Positions 24,926 through 39,408 are shown, counted from the first letter of the stretch. The stretch is DNA of 64,000 nt from Felis catus (GCF_018350175.1 NC_058368.1:43526001-43590000), one strand, 5' to 3'. Program-made: numbers and translations. The notes: generated by a model not told the origin, from the letters alone.

Positions 24926-26204
24926 AAAATACCAAAAATGCTTTTGCTTGCATTTTGATATCTTTGTTTAAATAGTCTTAAAGTATATAATCTATATCTG
25001 TTTCCATAACATTTTTTTTACAACTGGCTGGTTATTCTAAATTGTCAATGTGACACATTGCAGAAAAATTACTAGGTAGTTTGAGGAAGAAGAGGCATAA
25101 TGCATTCTGTTATTTGAAGCTTCAGTCATATTTTATATATAGCAAACTTTCAACAAATGTCAGAAGCTATACACTACCTGATGGTATGCTGTTTGACTGG
25201 GCATGAGACTAGGAAGAGTAATTCTGTCTTAGGAGAAGAGAATCACAGCTGACATGTTTTACTCCCCCACTAATAATTTCATAACTTCAGTGTAGATAAC
25301 TTCCTGAAGCAATATGTTAGTTTCAGGAAATTATCTAATAAATAATGAACAAATATAATTACTGTTGCCTATATAAAAAGTCTAATATGATAGAATATTG
25401 TTCTCAAAGTTTATTTCTTTAATTTAGTATTAAATAGGAAAGAACAATGCTTAAATTAGGTCCATGTCATTCTTAATCAGTTCATTTATGTCATTTTACA
25501 TATACTCTGTACTCAATAAGCACCCATCCAGTATGATTGGTGTTTTACAAGTTTTATTAAGTGGAAGATATTACAGCTTTTATTTTAAAATAATAAAACT
25601 GATACACATTGTAGTAAACAGTATGTCTAGCAAATTTGGCAATAATACAAAAGTAACATGAATTTCTGCTTATTACTACTAAAATTCAGTGTAACAATTT
25701 CTTGTTTGAGTGTTTTTGTATCTATTTTCCTTAAGGCAGTGGGTTTTTAAACTTTCAGTAGAACACATTAATCAAAATATTTCTTAAGGTGGAATAGAAT
25801 AATAGTTTTGAGAGTGTATATGTTTGAAAGAACATTTTGTTTTATTTACATAAGGTTTTGTGTTGGGGAAGAGTATTGTATGTTGGGGAATAGTACTCTC
25901 ATGTGCTATAAAAAGAAACTTTTTACTGTGTGTCATGATCATAAAATTAGAAAATTACTATTTCTAGAAAAGTTTGCCTGTGGGAGAATTGGTGGATATC
26001 ACATCCAGGAAAACACAAAGGTTCTATGTTAGTTTTAATTGCATACCGTAGTGTCTTCCATCCCAGGGAAAAATTAGAACAGAAGTCAGCTAGTGATCTG
26101 AGAGAATATTAGGGGAATTATGAGAGCTATCAAACCTTAATACATACTGAAATTTGACAATGAAAATAATTGTAGTTACTAATTCTAGATAAAATTAATA
26201 CATA

Positions 26205-26420
26205 ACAGATATCATTTATGTAGAGCTTACTGTGTTCTGTGACCAGTGTTGTATTGTTTATGTTTATATTTACTTATAACAAAGATCCTGTGCTAGGTGT
26301 TCTGGGGTGGCTCAGTCAGTTAAACATCTGACTCTTGATTTTGTTCAAGTCATGATCTCGTGGTTCATGAGATCAAGCCCTGAGTTAGGCTCAGTGCTGA
26401 CAGCGTGGAGCCTGCTTGGG

Positions 26421-26479
<59 letters not shown>

Positions 26480-26513
26480 GTCTGACCCTACCCCATTTGT
26501 GTGCGCATGCTCG

Positions 26514-26554
<41 letters not shown>

Positions 26555-26795
26555 TCTCTCCCTCCCTCCCTCTCCCTCTCTCTCTCTCTCTCAAGATAAA
26601 TAAATAAACTTAAAAAAAGAAGATCCTATGCTAGAATTACAGATTTGCTCAATTCACAGAAAGGAAATTGTGAGAAGACTATTCTGCTTAGATTAGCTGA
26701 GGAAACTGAGGTCAGAGATGTTAAATACATTGATAAAAATTACATAACTAGAAGGTGGAGAAGCTATGATTAAAACTCATAATCATCTGATTCAT
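26205..26795 (-). mobile_element. MIR interrupted by CanSINE
   Basis: ATTTATGTAGAGCTTACTGTGT...; TGAGGAAACTGAGGTCAGAGATGTTAAAT. Confidence 0.65.
26297..26619 (+). mobile_element. CanSINE with expanded (CT)n tracts
   Basis: TSD AAGATCCT(G/A)TGCTAG; CT-rich 26423-26592. Confidence 0.95.
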
Positions 26796-26962
26796 CTATA
26801 TTAATTTCAGAAAGCCCCAAAGATTTTCTTTTAGAAAATATTTTTATTTAGAAAAAGCTAATGATGTCATAAGTAATCAGGTAACTAAACTTCCTTCCCC
26901 TAGTATTTGATGGTTTGTCTCTGGAATCATTGCTAATAAGATTAAATGGAGATTTTCTGCTA

Positions 26963-27157
26963 GGGATGCCTGGGTGGCTCAGTCAGTTGAGCACTGACTC
27001 TTGATTTTGGCTCAGGTCATGATCTCAAGGTTCGTGGAATTGGACCCTGTGTCCAGCTCTGTGCTGACAGTGTGGAGACTGCTTGGGGTTCTCTCTCTCA
27101 CTCTTTCTGTCCCCCTCCCCCCACCCTCTCTCTCTCAAAATAAATAAACTTAAAAAC
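26963..27157 (+). mobile_element. CanSINE
   Basis: GGGATGCCTGGGTGGCTCAG head; TSD GATTTTCTG(C/T)TA. Confidence 0.95.
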
Positions 27158-27964
27158 GATTTTCTGTTAATTCTAGCTTTCTTTCTCTGATTCTGTGGTA
27201 TTGGTTTCGACTTTGAGTACAATCTCTATAAATAAGTGACAGTTCTCATCTCTACACCAGTGTTAATTATACCTACATATACGACTTTGTATAGGTAAGC
27301 CTGATTAAAATTTAAACACTTCTTTTTTAAAAATATAAATAGGAGCTCCTACATTTCAGAACTTTTGAATAGTAACAAAGACTTTATTCTATGCATTTCA
27401 TACATTGTTTTGGATTTGAGATGATTTTAGATAGTAAACTTAAAGAAGGGTCTCTTTGATTTTTTAAAATCAATGATATGTTGATCCTACCTAATGACTA
27501 TTCTCAAAATTATTCAGAAACTTAAATTGGTTATCTTTACCTCCAATGATGAGTTCATTGATAGAGCTAGTTGCATTTTTAATATCTTGGACCATGAGTT
27601 CTCAAACATGACTTCTTGTCCTCAGCTTCACAGTGAACACACCATTTCTAAAAGTCATAGTAAAGTCATGGCCATTTCTTTATTTCTTTAGTATTTAAAG
27701 TATTTAAAGATGTGTTTAAGTGAGCCTTTGCCTGAAGTAGCTGGGTTTTATGTCTGTTACCATTTTTGGCTCAAGTGTACATGTCTCTAAGTACAATTGA
27801 TACCTATGTACCAATAAAAGTGTTGGCCTCCTACAAAAGAGAAAACTCCACCATATAAAATACAACAACCATTCTCACTTTGTTCATGGATGCAAAGCCT
27901 CTTATTCATTCCTTTGACACTGAGTCAAAACTTACTCACTTTAAAACTTCCAATCATTTACGCA

Positions 27965-28305
27965 TTTGCAATCCCTTATTATCATTTACAAAGTCTGAAC
28001 ATCTCAGAAATAATTTTTTTCCTTAAATCTGTGGCATGCGCATTGGTCGCAAAACATAAACTGAACTGATGTGAAGGTGTTCAGAGTTTTTATATACCTA
28101 CTCATTGTGAATGTCCATACTTTTTGGCACAGAAAAATCACTATGTTTAAGTGCAGGGTGTTGCCCCAGACTTCATACATATGATGGGGAGCTGGTGGTG
28201 CACAAGTAGAATGTTACTGTATATTCATATTATCTTTTCTAAGATGAAAACTTCTGAATTCCAAGTGTCATCTGGGCCAGAGGGTACACAAATCTGGAGA
28301 CCAGC
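27965..28305. mobile_element. Ancient non-autonomous DNA transposon (probably TcMar-Tigger type; subfamily not assigned)
   Basis: CTGAACTGATGTGAAGG, GGGTGTTGCCCCAGAC and TTCTGAATTCCAAG...CATCTGGGCCAGAGGG resemble a recalled eutherian MITE. Confidence 0.45.
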
Positions 28306-28809
28306 ATCTATTTCTAAATATATTTTACATGAAATATAAATTATATTTGGTATTTTCATGCTAATGAGAATAATTTTGAAAGAATGGCCTAGAGCAGCAA
28401 ACAGGATTGTTCCTTTATGAAAAGAATTTCCCTTTCTAAAAAATAACATGTATGGCATATTACCTCAAATACCACTTTTTTAGATGGGACTTACCTAGCT
28501 GCTTGTTCTGCTCAAGACAGAATTCATGCCATCTTATCTGGGCTTTTGTGCTAAATGCATCTCTTATGGCATACACCACATTACCTGTAAAATGTGTGCT
28601 TTTAGGACTGTGTTTTTCCTCTCTAGTCAGTTGGTGTCTCTATCCCAAATGTAACTGATTTCCACATTTAACTCCTCAGCACAAACAAAACCTCTAGTTC
28701 TTAATAAGGACTTCATGGTTTAAATATAGAAATACTAAGCTGATTTTTTCAAAACAAAATATCTTCATAAAATGTAAATTAAAACTGCAGATCTTCACTT
28801 TTAGAGGTT

Positions 28810-29355
28810 TCCCCCCAGTTGTATTGCGATATAATTGACATACAGTGTATATTTTTTTAACGTTTATTTTTTTTGAGAGACAGAGACAGAGCATGAGTGC
28901 GGGAGGGGCAGAGAGAGAGGGAGACACAGAATCCGAAGCAAGTTCCAGGCTCTGAGCTGTCAGCACAGAGCCTGATATGGAACTAGAACCCACAGACTGC
29001 TAGATCATGACCTGAGCTGGTCAGATGCTTAACCGACTGAGCCACCTAGGTGCCCCTATCACAATATAATTTGAAGGTATATACATAGCATAATGATTGA
29101 CTTCATATATATATATGTATACATATATATATGAAATTATTACTGCAATAAGTATAGTTACCATCCATATCTCATATAAATATAATAAAAAGAGGAAGCA
29201 AAAAAAATCTTGTGAAGAGAACTCAAGATTTACTATCTTAAAAACTTGTATATGTATCACACAGCAATGTGAACTATAATCATCTTGCTGTACATTACAT
29301 CCCTAGTACTTATTTATCTTGTAATTGAATGTCTGTACCTTTTGAACACATTTCT
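28810..29355 (-). mobile_element. L1MA9/L1_Carn-type 3' end interrupted by SINE
   Basis: GATATAATTGACATA...TGTACATTACATCCCTAGTACTTATTTATCTT...TGTACCTTTTG. Confidence 0.8.
28852..29056 (-). mobile_element. CanSINE
   Basis: AACGTTTATTT...GAGCCACCTAGGTGCCCC. Confidence 0.95.
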
Positions 29356-30878
29356 TGGAGATTCTTGTACATGTAGATGCTAGTTTGCTTGGTGTGTAGT
29401 TTGCCAAATTAATTTTAGTAAGTTTCCTACATATTTTCTATAGAAGTCTCTAGAATTCCATATAATCTCTGTAGAATATTATCAATATAGATCACACTAA
29501 ATAAATATAATGATAATGTTCTTTGCCAATTTGATATGAAGGAATCACAGTGCTGAGAGCTGGGTCATCTGCTTGCTCTGCACTGAGCCGAGGATAAGAT
29601 CAATGGTGTTTACCAGCCAGAGTTATCACCTGTATTCTTCCCTGGGTTACTAGACTTTGCTAGATGCTTCACAGCTTTGAAGACTGGCAAGACAGAAGAT
29701 GGCCTTCTGGGAAACTCTATTAGAAAACTGAGGCACTGGATATGAATCAACCTCTTCTGTTCCCTGGTAAAGCTAGGATGTCCGAGTCTTTTCCTGATTG
29801 GGTGTGGCATTGCAGTGACAGCCAGGTCTCTGACTCCCTCCTGACTTTGGTGAGTCTGATTTCACATCATCCTAGGGTGCAGGTGTGTTTCAATTAATTT
29901 CTGATTTTTCACAAGGGGAATTTGTGAATTATTGCTGTATCGGTGTGTTTGTGGGGAGAGGGCAAGTTTATGTGGTTTTATTTTTGTTTGTTTTTATATT
30001 AGGTATAAAATAAGGAAAAAAGTGACTATAGGAATTATCACTATGCAGCTGGCTAGTTGTAGAATTGTGCTAAGATAATCACCTCCTAATGTCCACCTCA
30101 GTTCTCTATAAATAAAGATCATATAAGACTTGTACACTATTGATAATCCATCAAATATCTCACCATCTAATGCTCCTTCAAGGCATTATTTTGCTTAAAA
30201 ATTTCAGAGCTTTTTACAAATTTTTATTGACCTTGTAGCAAACAAGAGTATAATTTGTAACAAAATGCTTTGAAAAGAAAAAAAACATAAGGTATTTTAG
30301 TTGGCAGTATAACTCCTGTCACATTATTTTCAATTCAGATAGATATAGCAGTGAACTGAAAACAAAAACATAACTGAGTCAGGAAGCTAACGCCAACTCA
30401 TTCATTACTTGGAGACAATAGTCATAGTTTTGAATAGTCATTTTGCTGATAACTCTTTAGTAAAAGTAACATTTATTAAATTTATGAATGATATTTAGAA
30501 GAGCTTTCTATTGAAATGTTGTAGGGTCTGACTTATCATTCTAATTTAGGTCTACATATCCAGCTATAAGCTCTGTTCTGCAAATAGACTGAAAAACATT
30601 TTGATAGATACTGTTACATATTAAATTTATTTGGTGATAAAATGTTTCCCATAATTTTGATATAAATACACTATAATAATTGGGGAGTTTTAAAAAATCT
30701 TATACTTGTACTAATGTAATCATTAAATAATATATTGAATAAATAATAAAAGCTATCTATCTACTTTTGTATGATAACCATAAATACAATAGCATCATTT
30801 AAATCTGTTAATTCATTTATCAATTGAGAATGTTATTTGATTTATCTCTGATTCTAATCCAGAAAAATATGACCTTTA

Positions 30879-31086
30879 TTTTTTACTCATGTCTTATATT
30901 TTTGAGAGAGGAAGATAAATCGGGTTCGCAAGTTGGGGAGGGGCAGATCTAGAGGGGAGAGAATTCCAAGCAGGCTCCCCGCTGACCGTGGAACTCATGT
31001 AGGGCTTGATTCCATGACCTTGAGATCATGACCTGAGCTGATATCAAGAGTCAGACACTCAACTGACAGAGCCACCCAGTTGCCCC
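30879..31086 (-). mobile_element. CanSINE
   Basis: TSD CAGAAAA(A)TATGACCTTTA. Confidence 0.95.
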
Positions 31087-31709
31087 CAGAAAATATGACC
31101 TTTAAAGATAAATTGGGAGTTGCATTCTGATCTTTTTTTAAACAAATTATAAGTAAAGAAAAAGTAAATTACCAAATGTTTTATTTTAATTTGTGAAATG
31201 TGATTTGTGTATCTACTGATCCGTCTTGTGTTTAATTGTTGAAAAGAGATTAAAAGACTGTTCAGTGTGTATATCATCCACATTCCCTAATCTAATACTT
31301 GAATTCACAATACTGCTATAAAGTGTCTGTTGTATAACAGATAACTTTTTTGGATACTAGTTCCAGATCATGAAAATATTTTCACATTAATGAATTGTCA
31401 TTTCTTAAAAAGGTAGTCTTTGTTAAAATTGGAGACGGAAGAATAATTTCCCTCTTCTTCATTCTTCCTCTTCTTTACCATATCTCCCCTGTCTCAACAA
31501 CAATTCTGCATGCATAGGACTCCCTAAAGTGATGGTTCTGTGGCTTCACTTGCATAAAAGGGTAGGAAACACCTATTGAAGCTCTCTACATATTAAAAAA
31601 AGCATTACAGTCCAGTGGTGAAGATTTTTTCAGAAAAAACATAATGGTTCAAAGTGTGTTATTAGTCTCTGAAATAAACTGTGTTGGTCGTTGTTAATTA
31701 TTTTTTTTT

Positions 31710-32000
31710 TGATCCTTTCAATTCAACTCAAACATCACTTATTCAGAGAATAATATCTGGATTCAATTCCAATTTCTCACAAAGATCAGTGTGTATCCCC
31801 CGATTATAAGCCTTCATAGCATTATATGCATCTTCTTCAAATCATATACCCACTACTATTCTGACTAATTTCCTTCTTTAAAGTAGTTTTACTTTACATA
31901 TCATGCAATGAATAATCAAAAGAGTCATCTTTACCATGCTATCATTGTATGGCATGGTTCCTGGCACATAACCTATGGAAAATAAATATTTAGTATGAAT
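31710..32000 (+). mobile_element. L2 3' end fragment
   Basis: CTCAAACATCAC...CCTGGCACATAA...AATAAATATTTAGTATGAAT. Confidence 0.55.
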
Positions 32001-33429
32001 ATTTTTTATGTCTTTTCTTTTCTGTATTTTTTTAGGTGACAACAAGTTCATATTCCCATATTTATGGACAAGTTATTTTCAAATATTTTACTGTTTTTAA
32101 TATATCTAATATATAAAGGAATAACAAAGTTAGAGCAGCATTTCACTTTCCTTTAGTATATTTGCACTATATTTTTATTGCATACTTTTTTTATTCATTG
32201 AATTTTTCTCTTTTAACTACACTTAAAGTCATTAAAAGATAATGTTACTTTGTTCTCACCTTTAGAAACTTTCCTAATTAGCCTTAAAACTGGAAAAAAA
32301 TAATTTAGCTCAAGTTTAGTATTATATTTATGATAATTTAGGTTATATTTTCTTCGACTTTATGTTAGGGACCCTTTGTTATTTTCTGTTTTTGATACTG
32401 AATTGTACAAATTCTTTCTCACTTTAAGTTACATCATTTTAAAGCCTTTTTAATTAGAGTTGGGTGCCATTTAAATGGACTTTCTTTTTGCAGTTAAAAC
32501 ATTTCTGAACTTGCATAATGCTTAGCTGAATGTTTTTGCCCTTTGTTTTATGGATGATGGTGTTGCTAACTTAGAAAAGTACCAATTCTAATTTATAGGG
32601 TTTTAGATAGGTTCTGAATTTAAAAGTTAAAATTCAGTCCAAATTTAAGTGAAACTTTGGAGTTACTTCTATTCTCTAGTATAAAAAAATCACTATACAT
32701 TTATTAATATTAGAAATACCACTGAGTATCAATTTGCATTTTAGTTAAGAAATAACACAAATACTTACATGTGATCTTTATTTCATGGAATAAAAACATT
32801 TATGTATTTCAGTTATATATTACAATATAATATAGTATAATATACTAATATAGTATAATATATGTATTACTATATAATATAATATAGGGAATTGTTCAGG
32901 TAGGAATAATGGCATGAATCCTCTCAACGTTATCATCCTCACACTGACTACATCATTTTTTATTTATCATAGCTCATGTATATAAATTGCATAAAACCTA
33001 TGTAAGCTTAGATTAATATTCAGAATAGAGGAAAGAAGAAAATTTTAAATCAGCCTGGGATTATTGGGGAAACTTTTACAGAAGTGAAATTTGCTTTAAG
33101 ACTATTTCATAGTGTTATACAAATGAAATAAGATTACACATGTGTAAATTAGAGTATTGTACTTATTATACAGTAGCACTCAATAAATATTGGCTATCCT
33201 TTACTTTTAATTAAACATAAAAGTGCAGAAGTGGGGAAAGACATCTGCAAGATAAAGGTCTTAAAGGACTTGTGAGGGTAATCCTGTCACTCAGTATGTA
33301 CTTCAGTACACTCCTCCAAAATGAAGGCGATTAGCATCCTCACAGGCCTCACTCATCCACTTAACTACTTTTCTTGTATCTTTGAGCCTTGACATTTGTT
33401 TGTTTGTTAACAGTGTTTGGGTATTCATT

Positions 33430-33552
33430 ATTTTCCCAACTAGACTGGAATCTCCAAAATGCCAATAATTTATTTTGTCTGTTTATTTCACTGCTGAAGG
33501 CCCAGTGCCTAAAGCAGTGTCTGGCACATGTTTGACATATTGAAATTGTTTA
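33430..33552 (+). mobile_element. L2 3' end fragment
   Basis: CAACTAGACTG...TTCACTGCTG...CCCAGTGCCTAAAGCAGTGTCTGGCACAT. Confidence 0.65.
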
Positions 33553-33559
33553 TCTTGTT

Positions 33560-33685
33560 TAACATTTGAAAACTACCATTGGATAGGCACTATTATTACC
33601 CTCATTTAACTGAAGAAGTAACTGAGGCAGCAGGAGGTTAAAGACTTGTACAAGGTTACATAGATAGTAAGTAATGAAGTCACCA
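33560..33685 (-). mobile_element. MIR fragment
   Basis: ACTATTATTACCCTCATTT...AACTGAGGCA...GAGGTTAAAGACTTG..CAAGGTTACATAG. Confidence 0.7.
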
Positions 33686-33959
33686 GAAGGCTTTTCAAGG
33701 TGAATTGCATTGAGCTACTGAGGAATACTTGTAACATTAAAATTTTGTTCTCATAAGAAGAAAACAATGATTTGTGTGTAGGTGTGTGTGTAAGGGGTGA
33801 TAAAAGCGGGAAAAAAAAAGGTTTAGAGTCTTTTTGAGAAGGCCAATAATATGATAAAAATTTGTAGGGCAGTATTTTATGCATTTTATCTATTTTATGC
33901 AGACAGTGGACTGACACTGCTCCTGAAAACAACTCAAACTCCTGGCTTAAAAAAAAAAA

Positions 33960-35465
33960 TCACATTATTGTAAGTGTAGCCACAAGTTGGCAGGGAAGAA
34001 GAAAACTGAAGTGAATATAGGGATCTGACAGGGATCTTTGAAAAAATGATCATAAATATGTCTCAACAAGAAATCACAAATACTCTTGAAACAAAAATAG
34101 ATAATTTCAGCAAAGAAAGAAAATTTATGAAAAAGAACCAAATGAAAGAAGAGCAAAATAAAACTAAAATTTTAAAGAATATATGTTGTTGAATAGGCTC
34201 ACTAGTGGCATCAAGATGATAGAGAATAGAAGCAGTGAATTTAAAGAAACATCAGTAAAATTAATCCAATTTGACAAATAATACATTTTAAAAAAATGAA
34301 AAAAGACTGTAGGATGTATGGAACATTAACAAAATATACAATGTTTGACCAGAGTTTCAGAAAAAGAAGTGAAAGTGGGGACAAAAGAGTATTTGAAAAC
34401 ATAATGGCTGAAAACTTCTTAAATTCAGAAAACTACATAAACCTACAGATAAGAAAATAGGAAAATGACTTGAACACACATTTTGCCAGAGAGGTTATAC
34501 TCCTGGCAACAGTTTATATATTTTCCAGAGTTTATACAGTTTATAAATATACATTCACCATCAACAGGCAATAAGGAAATGTAAATTAAAGCCACAATGA
34601 GCTATCACAGCAAAACTATCAAATGGCTAAAATTAAAAGGAAAAAATGCTGCAGAGGATATAGAAAAACTGGATCACCCATACATTGCTGGTGAAAATGT
34701 ATAAGCCACTTTGGAAAACAGTTTCACAATTTCTTATAAAACTTAACATGAAATTACCATATGACCTAACACTTTTACTCTTGGCATTTATCCCGGACAA
34801 ATGAAAACTTACGTTCACACAAAAACCTGTACCCAAATGCCCATAGCAGCTTATTCGTATTATTCTAAATGGAAACAACAGAGATGACTTTTAATAGGTG
34901 AATGGCTAACCGAATTCTATATATCCACAGCAGTGAAGAGGAACACGTGATTGATGGATGCATGACCAACTTGAAACTTCAGGGTATTCTTCTGACTGAA
35001 AAGAAGGCAATTCAAAAAGGTAACATGTGATTTTATTTATATAACATTTTTAAAATGGCAAAATTATATAAGTGGAGAACAGTTTAATAGATTAGTGGTT
35101 TTTATGGGTTTCAGTAGATACAAGATTGAGAGAGACATGGGTTGGTTATAAGGAACAAGAGGGATCCTTGGAAATATGGCATTGTTTTAGGTCTTTATTG
35201 GTGGATATGGTAATGTACACGTGATAAAATTAGATAGAATTAAACACACATGTGCATAAGTGAGGACAGATAAAATGGGGAATCTGAAATAGGTCAATGG
35301 ATTTTAAAATGTCAACATCATGAGGTTGTGGTATTGTGCTATGGTTTTATAAGTTATTACTATGGGTAAAATTTACAAAGGGTTTCTCTGTGTTATTTCT
35401 TATAACTGCATGTGAATGTATAATTACTATTATATTGTCAACTTTAGCTCAATAAACCTGTTAAA
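33960..35465 (+). mobile_element. L1MD-type L1: ORF1 remnant joined to ORF2 end and 3'UTR (large internal deletion)
   Basis: ATAATGGCTGAAAACTTC (ORF1); TACCATATGACC...ATGAAAACTTACGTTCACACAAAAACCTGTAC; 3' end TCTCTGTGTTATTTCTTATAACTGCATGTGAAT. Confidence 0.8.
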
Positions 35466-36884
35466 ATAGTGTTATATTAATAAACATATTATAAAATAAT
35501 GGTTTTATTCACGAAATCAGTTTGTGAATACAGAAAATAACATCAGCAAAAAAGTCAACTGATTTTAAGATCGTGAATAACAGATGTTTAGTGATTATAA
35601 ATTTCACAGTAATATAATAATGTTTATTTGTAGTGATGTACTTAAGTTTATTTCCCTTTTAAATTTTACTATTTTACCTTTTTTGCCTCTTTGTTTTCCT
35701 TTTGATTTATTTTTTCTTCTGTGTCCAAAATCTGAGACAGAACCATATACATGAGCAGTTAAAATACAAATAAATATTTTATTTAACTATCAGATGACAA
35801 CTTAAATTGGAAAATAAATAGTAATTTGTAGTTGTTTACTACTTCAATTTTGAATTTCCCCTGAAAGCCAAGGTAAAATGAGAGAGAAGGGAGTTTCAGG
35901 CTATTCTGTAGAAGAATTAAAGGAAAGATAAACATCCCTCTGGAACAGGCAGTTTTTGTCAGCAGCAAATTTTATCAGCCATTTTTTTGGAAATACTTAT
36001 ATAAAACATTTTGAACACTAAAATAAGCAAAGTACTTGAGTAGTTTTGAAAAGACCTTTTAAATTAAAAATTTCTTTGTAGCTGCACTCTGACAAATATG
36101 AGGGCATATTATCAAATAATTCAGTAAACTGATTGTTGTAGGTTCAGAGATGATATGATCCAAATACAATGTCTTTGGATAAATAAAATCCTGTATAAAT
36201 AAAGCTTACGACTTCTGGAAATTAACAAATCAATTGTATGAGCTTTCGGACATTTCCAGCAAGCTTTGGTCAAAGGCTAGATTGTGTCATGCTGAATTCA
36301 TTGACAACTTCTATTAAGATTAGTATTTTATACTGTAATTACAGAGAGGTGCATATCCCATAGATACCAGGCAAGCAAATGGCAGAGCTTACATTCTTAT
36401 TGTATGACAATTGAAAGCCCAACATTTTACAACAGAAAAATGGACTACAGTGGTAGGTTAGAACTTGTAATTTTATGAAAGGTTTTGATTCTTTACTTTT
36501 ATATAAGAATAATAAGTAAGGAAGAAAATAATTTTGATTAGGGCTATAATGAACGTAAGTATGTAGACAGAAAATTTAGGTGATGATGAACACAACATTT
36601 TTAAATTAGAATGTCCTTCTCTATACATTGCTTGTTTGTTTGCACAATAATCTGCTAAGGAGAACTTTTGGTATATATGCTATTTTGACCTTTGATCTTT
36701 TTAATATTCCTTAAGGATATTTTATCTTAGTAAAGTTGAAAATAGATAAACAGATGTGCTCTTTATTTCAATTAAGTATGCCTTGTTGGAGTGGATGACA
36801 TTTTAATTAACATAATTTTATATTAGTGGCTAATGTCTTTTAGAATTATTATACAATGACATCTTCATTCATTCTAATATAAAT

Positions 36885-37995
36885 TTTATTTTATTTTTAA
36901 AATTTTTGTTGAGGTAAAGTCCAGGTAATATAAAATTAACATTTTAAAGTGTTCGATTCATTTAGTACATTCAAAATCATTACCTTTACAAAAACATTTC
37001 ATAACACTTAAAGGAATTCTCATGCCAATTAGGCAGCCACTACCTGTTTTCCTCTCTTCAGGTAATCAATAACCTACCTTTTGCCTGTCTGTTATGAATG
37101 AACCTATTCTGTTTGTTTCATATAAGTGGAATAAAACAATATGAGACCTTTTGTGTCTGGCTTCTTTTACTTAGTCTATCATTTCTGAGATTTAGCTATA
37201 TTGTGGCGTGCACCAATACTTCATTCTTCTTAATGGCTAAATAACATTCCATTGTATAGATATACTGCACTTTGCTTATTCACTCATCAGTTGATGAACA
37301 TTTGGGTTATTCCAACTTTGGCTATTGCAGTGAGTACAGCTGTAAACATTTGTGTACAAGTTTTTGTTTGAATTTTTGTTTTCAGATATTTGGGTATGTA
37401 TACCTAAGAATGGAATTTCAGGGTCATATGGTAGCTATATGTTTAACATTTTTAGGAACTGCCAAACTCTTTTCACAGCAGCTGCACTAGTTTACGTTCC
37501 CATCAGCCATGTACGATGGTTTCAGTTTTTCTGCACTCCCCCAACAGTTGTTATTTTCTGTTTTTTAGATAGTAGTCATCCTCCTGAGTAAGAAGTGGTA
37601 TCTTAATATGTTTTTGATTTGTATTCCCCTAATGACTAATGATGTTGGCCATTATTCTTGCAATCGTTGGCCTTTTGTATACCTTTTTTGTAGAAATGAA
37701 TGTCTGTGTGTTTTGCCTGTTTTTTAATTGGGATGTTTTTCTTTTTGTTATTGAGCTGTTAAGAGTTTCTTATATATTCTGGGTACTAGAGCCTTATCAG
37801 ATTATGATTTGGAAATATTTTCTTCCATACTGTGAGTTGTCTTTTCACCGTCTTGCTAGCATCTTTTCATAATAGTTTTACATTTTAATGTCCACTTTAG
37901 CAATTCTTATGTTGTTGCTTGTGCTTTTAGTATCATATCTAAGAAACCATTGCCAAATACAAGATCATCAATATTTAACTTGCTGTTAGAGTTTA
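36885..37995 (-). mobile_element. L1MB-type L1 3' portion
   Basis: TTTTGTGTCTGGCTTCTTTTACTTAG, CATCAGTTGATGAACATTTGGGT, TTTGATTTGTATTCCCCTAATGACTAATGATGTT. Confidence 0.88.
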
Positions 37996-38389
37996 TACCC
38001 TTCTATTTTTAAACATTTTTTTCTATCTAAATTGATTGCTGCATTCAAAGCAAATATATTTTTAAATTCTTATGAAATGTTTATTAGATTTAATATCTTT
38101 GCTTGTTCTTTACCTTGATGAATTATCTAATATATATTTACCTTCTATATTATATATTTATTTTATATATTTATTTACCTTACATTGTACAAAATTTCTT
38201 ATTAAAAGATGAGAGCAGAGGACAGTGTTTACCCTGGGGGAAACATTTAGTTATCTGTAACTCAGTCTGGTTTTAACCTGAGAATTCTGAAGTCCCAGTT
38301 TATTTTTCTGTTGTCATAGCCCTCTTTTCCTTCTGAAAATGCTGATTAGGGAATTTCAGTTTATGGTTGAGAATGCAACTCTTAAGGTT

Positions 38390-38651
38390 TGTATGGTGTA
38401 TTTTTTGTTTGCCTCTGCATAGTCACTTTCCACCTTTCTGCTTGCCAGAGAAAGCAGGAAAATAGGTTTGCTGATCTCTGGCCTTGGATTGGGTTAATTC
38501 TATTGAAGGTCCAGGTAGAAATAGACCAGAGAGTGAGAGAAATAGAGTCAAGACATTTATTCCTACTGATTTCTTATTGCAGGTTGTTGGGCTGACTGCA
38601 TGTATCCAAGTTTCTTGTCAAGTGATACTCTCCACATTAAGGGACACTCTG

Positions 38652-38686
<35 letters not shown>

Positions 38687-38800
38687 GTCTCTCTTTCTCC
38701 CTCTCCCTCTCCTTCCTCCTCTGTTTTGATGATCACATTCTCTCTTGCCCCTTCACACCAGGTGCAGTGATAGTGGCTCCCTGTTATCACATCTGTTTGT
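38390..38800 (+). mobile_element. LTR33-like ERVL LTR with internal (CT/CTGT)n expansion (38647-38722)
   Basis: TCTCTGGCCTTGGATTGGGTTAA...ATTTATTCC...CTTGCCCCTTCA. Confidence 0.55.
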
Positions 38801-39214
38801 CCTGTGCCCATCTCTCCTACCATTCTGACTTTCCGTTGTTAATACCATGCCTAGCCCATAGGCTGGCACAGCGTCTATGACATATAGAGGCATTTTATAA
38901 TGGAAAAATAAAACCCTTTCCGACAACCATCACTGTTAATAAATAAAATTATGTTAAAACAATATGATAACAATTGCTATATTACATGCCTTAAAACATA
39001 AAGGAAAATAAAACTTTTAGAGATATTCTAGCATGTGAATGTACTCTAAAATGAATGTTTTAGAAATTTATCTTAAGAGAGATAAATCTGATTCTGAAAA
39101 TATTTGTATATAACACAAACGTATACTATAAAGTGGAAACCATCTAAATAACCAAATACCTTGGATTATTTTTATTAGTTATGTATCCATTTGACAAAAT
39201 ACTCGGTAAACTTG

Positions 39215-39408
39215 TGGAAGAATCCCAGATCTGACACTCAATAGTCATGTTTCTTTGAGCAACTTATTTGGCATTCCTGAAATCTAAGGATAAAACATTA
39301 TACTTACCACACAAAGTGCTTGTAAGGATTAATTAAGACTGCACATTAAAGATTTCACACAAAAGCTAGCACATGGGAAGCAAACAGTAAATATTTGATA
39401 TTACTACT
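39215..39408 (+). mobile_element. MIR
   Basis: GAATCCCAGATCTGACACT...TTGTAAGGATTAA...TAGCACAT...CAGTAAATATT. Confidence 0.65.

Noticed and set aside
27261..27294. 34-nt exon candidate (CCAG|...TAG|GTAAGC)
   Set aside because: Isolated splice-like motifs without a recognisable peptide or other support
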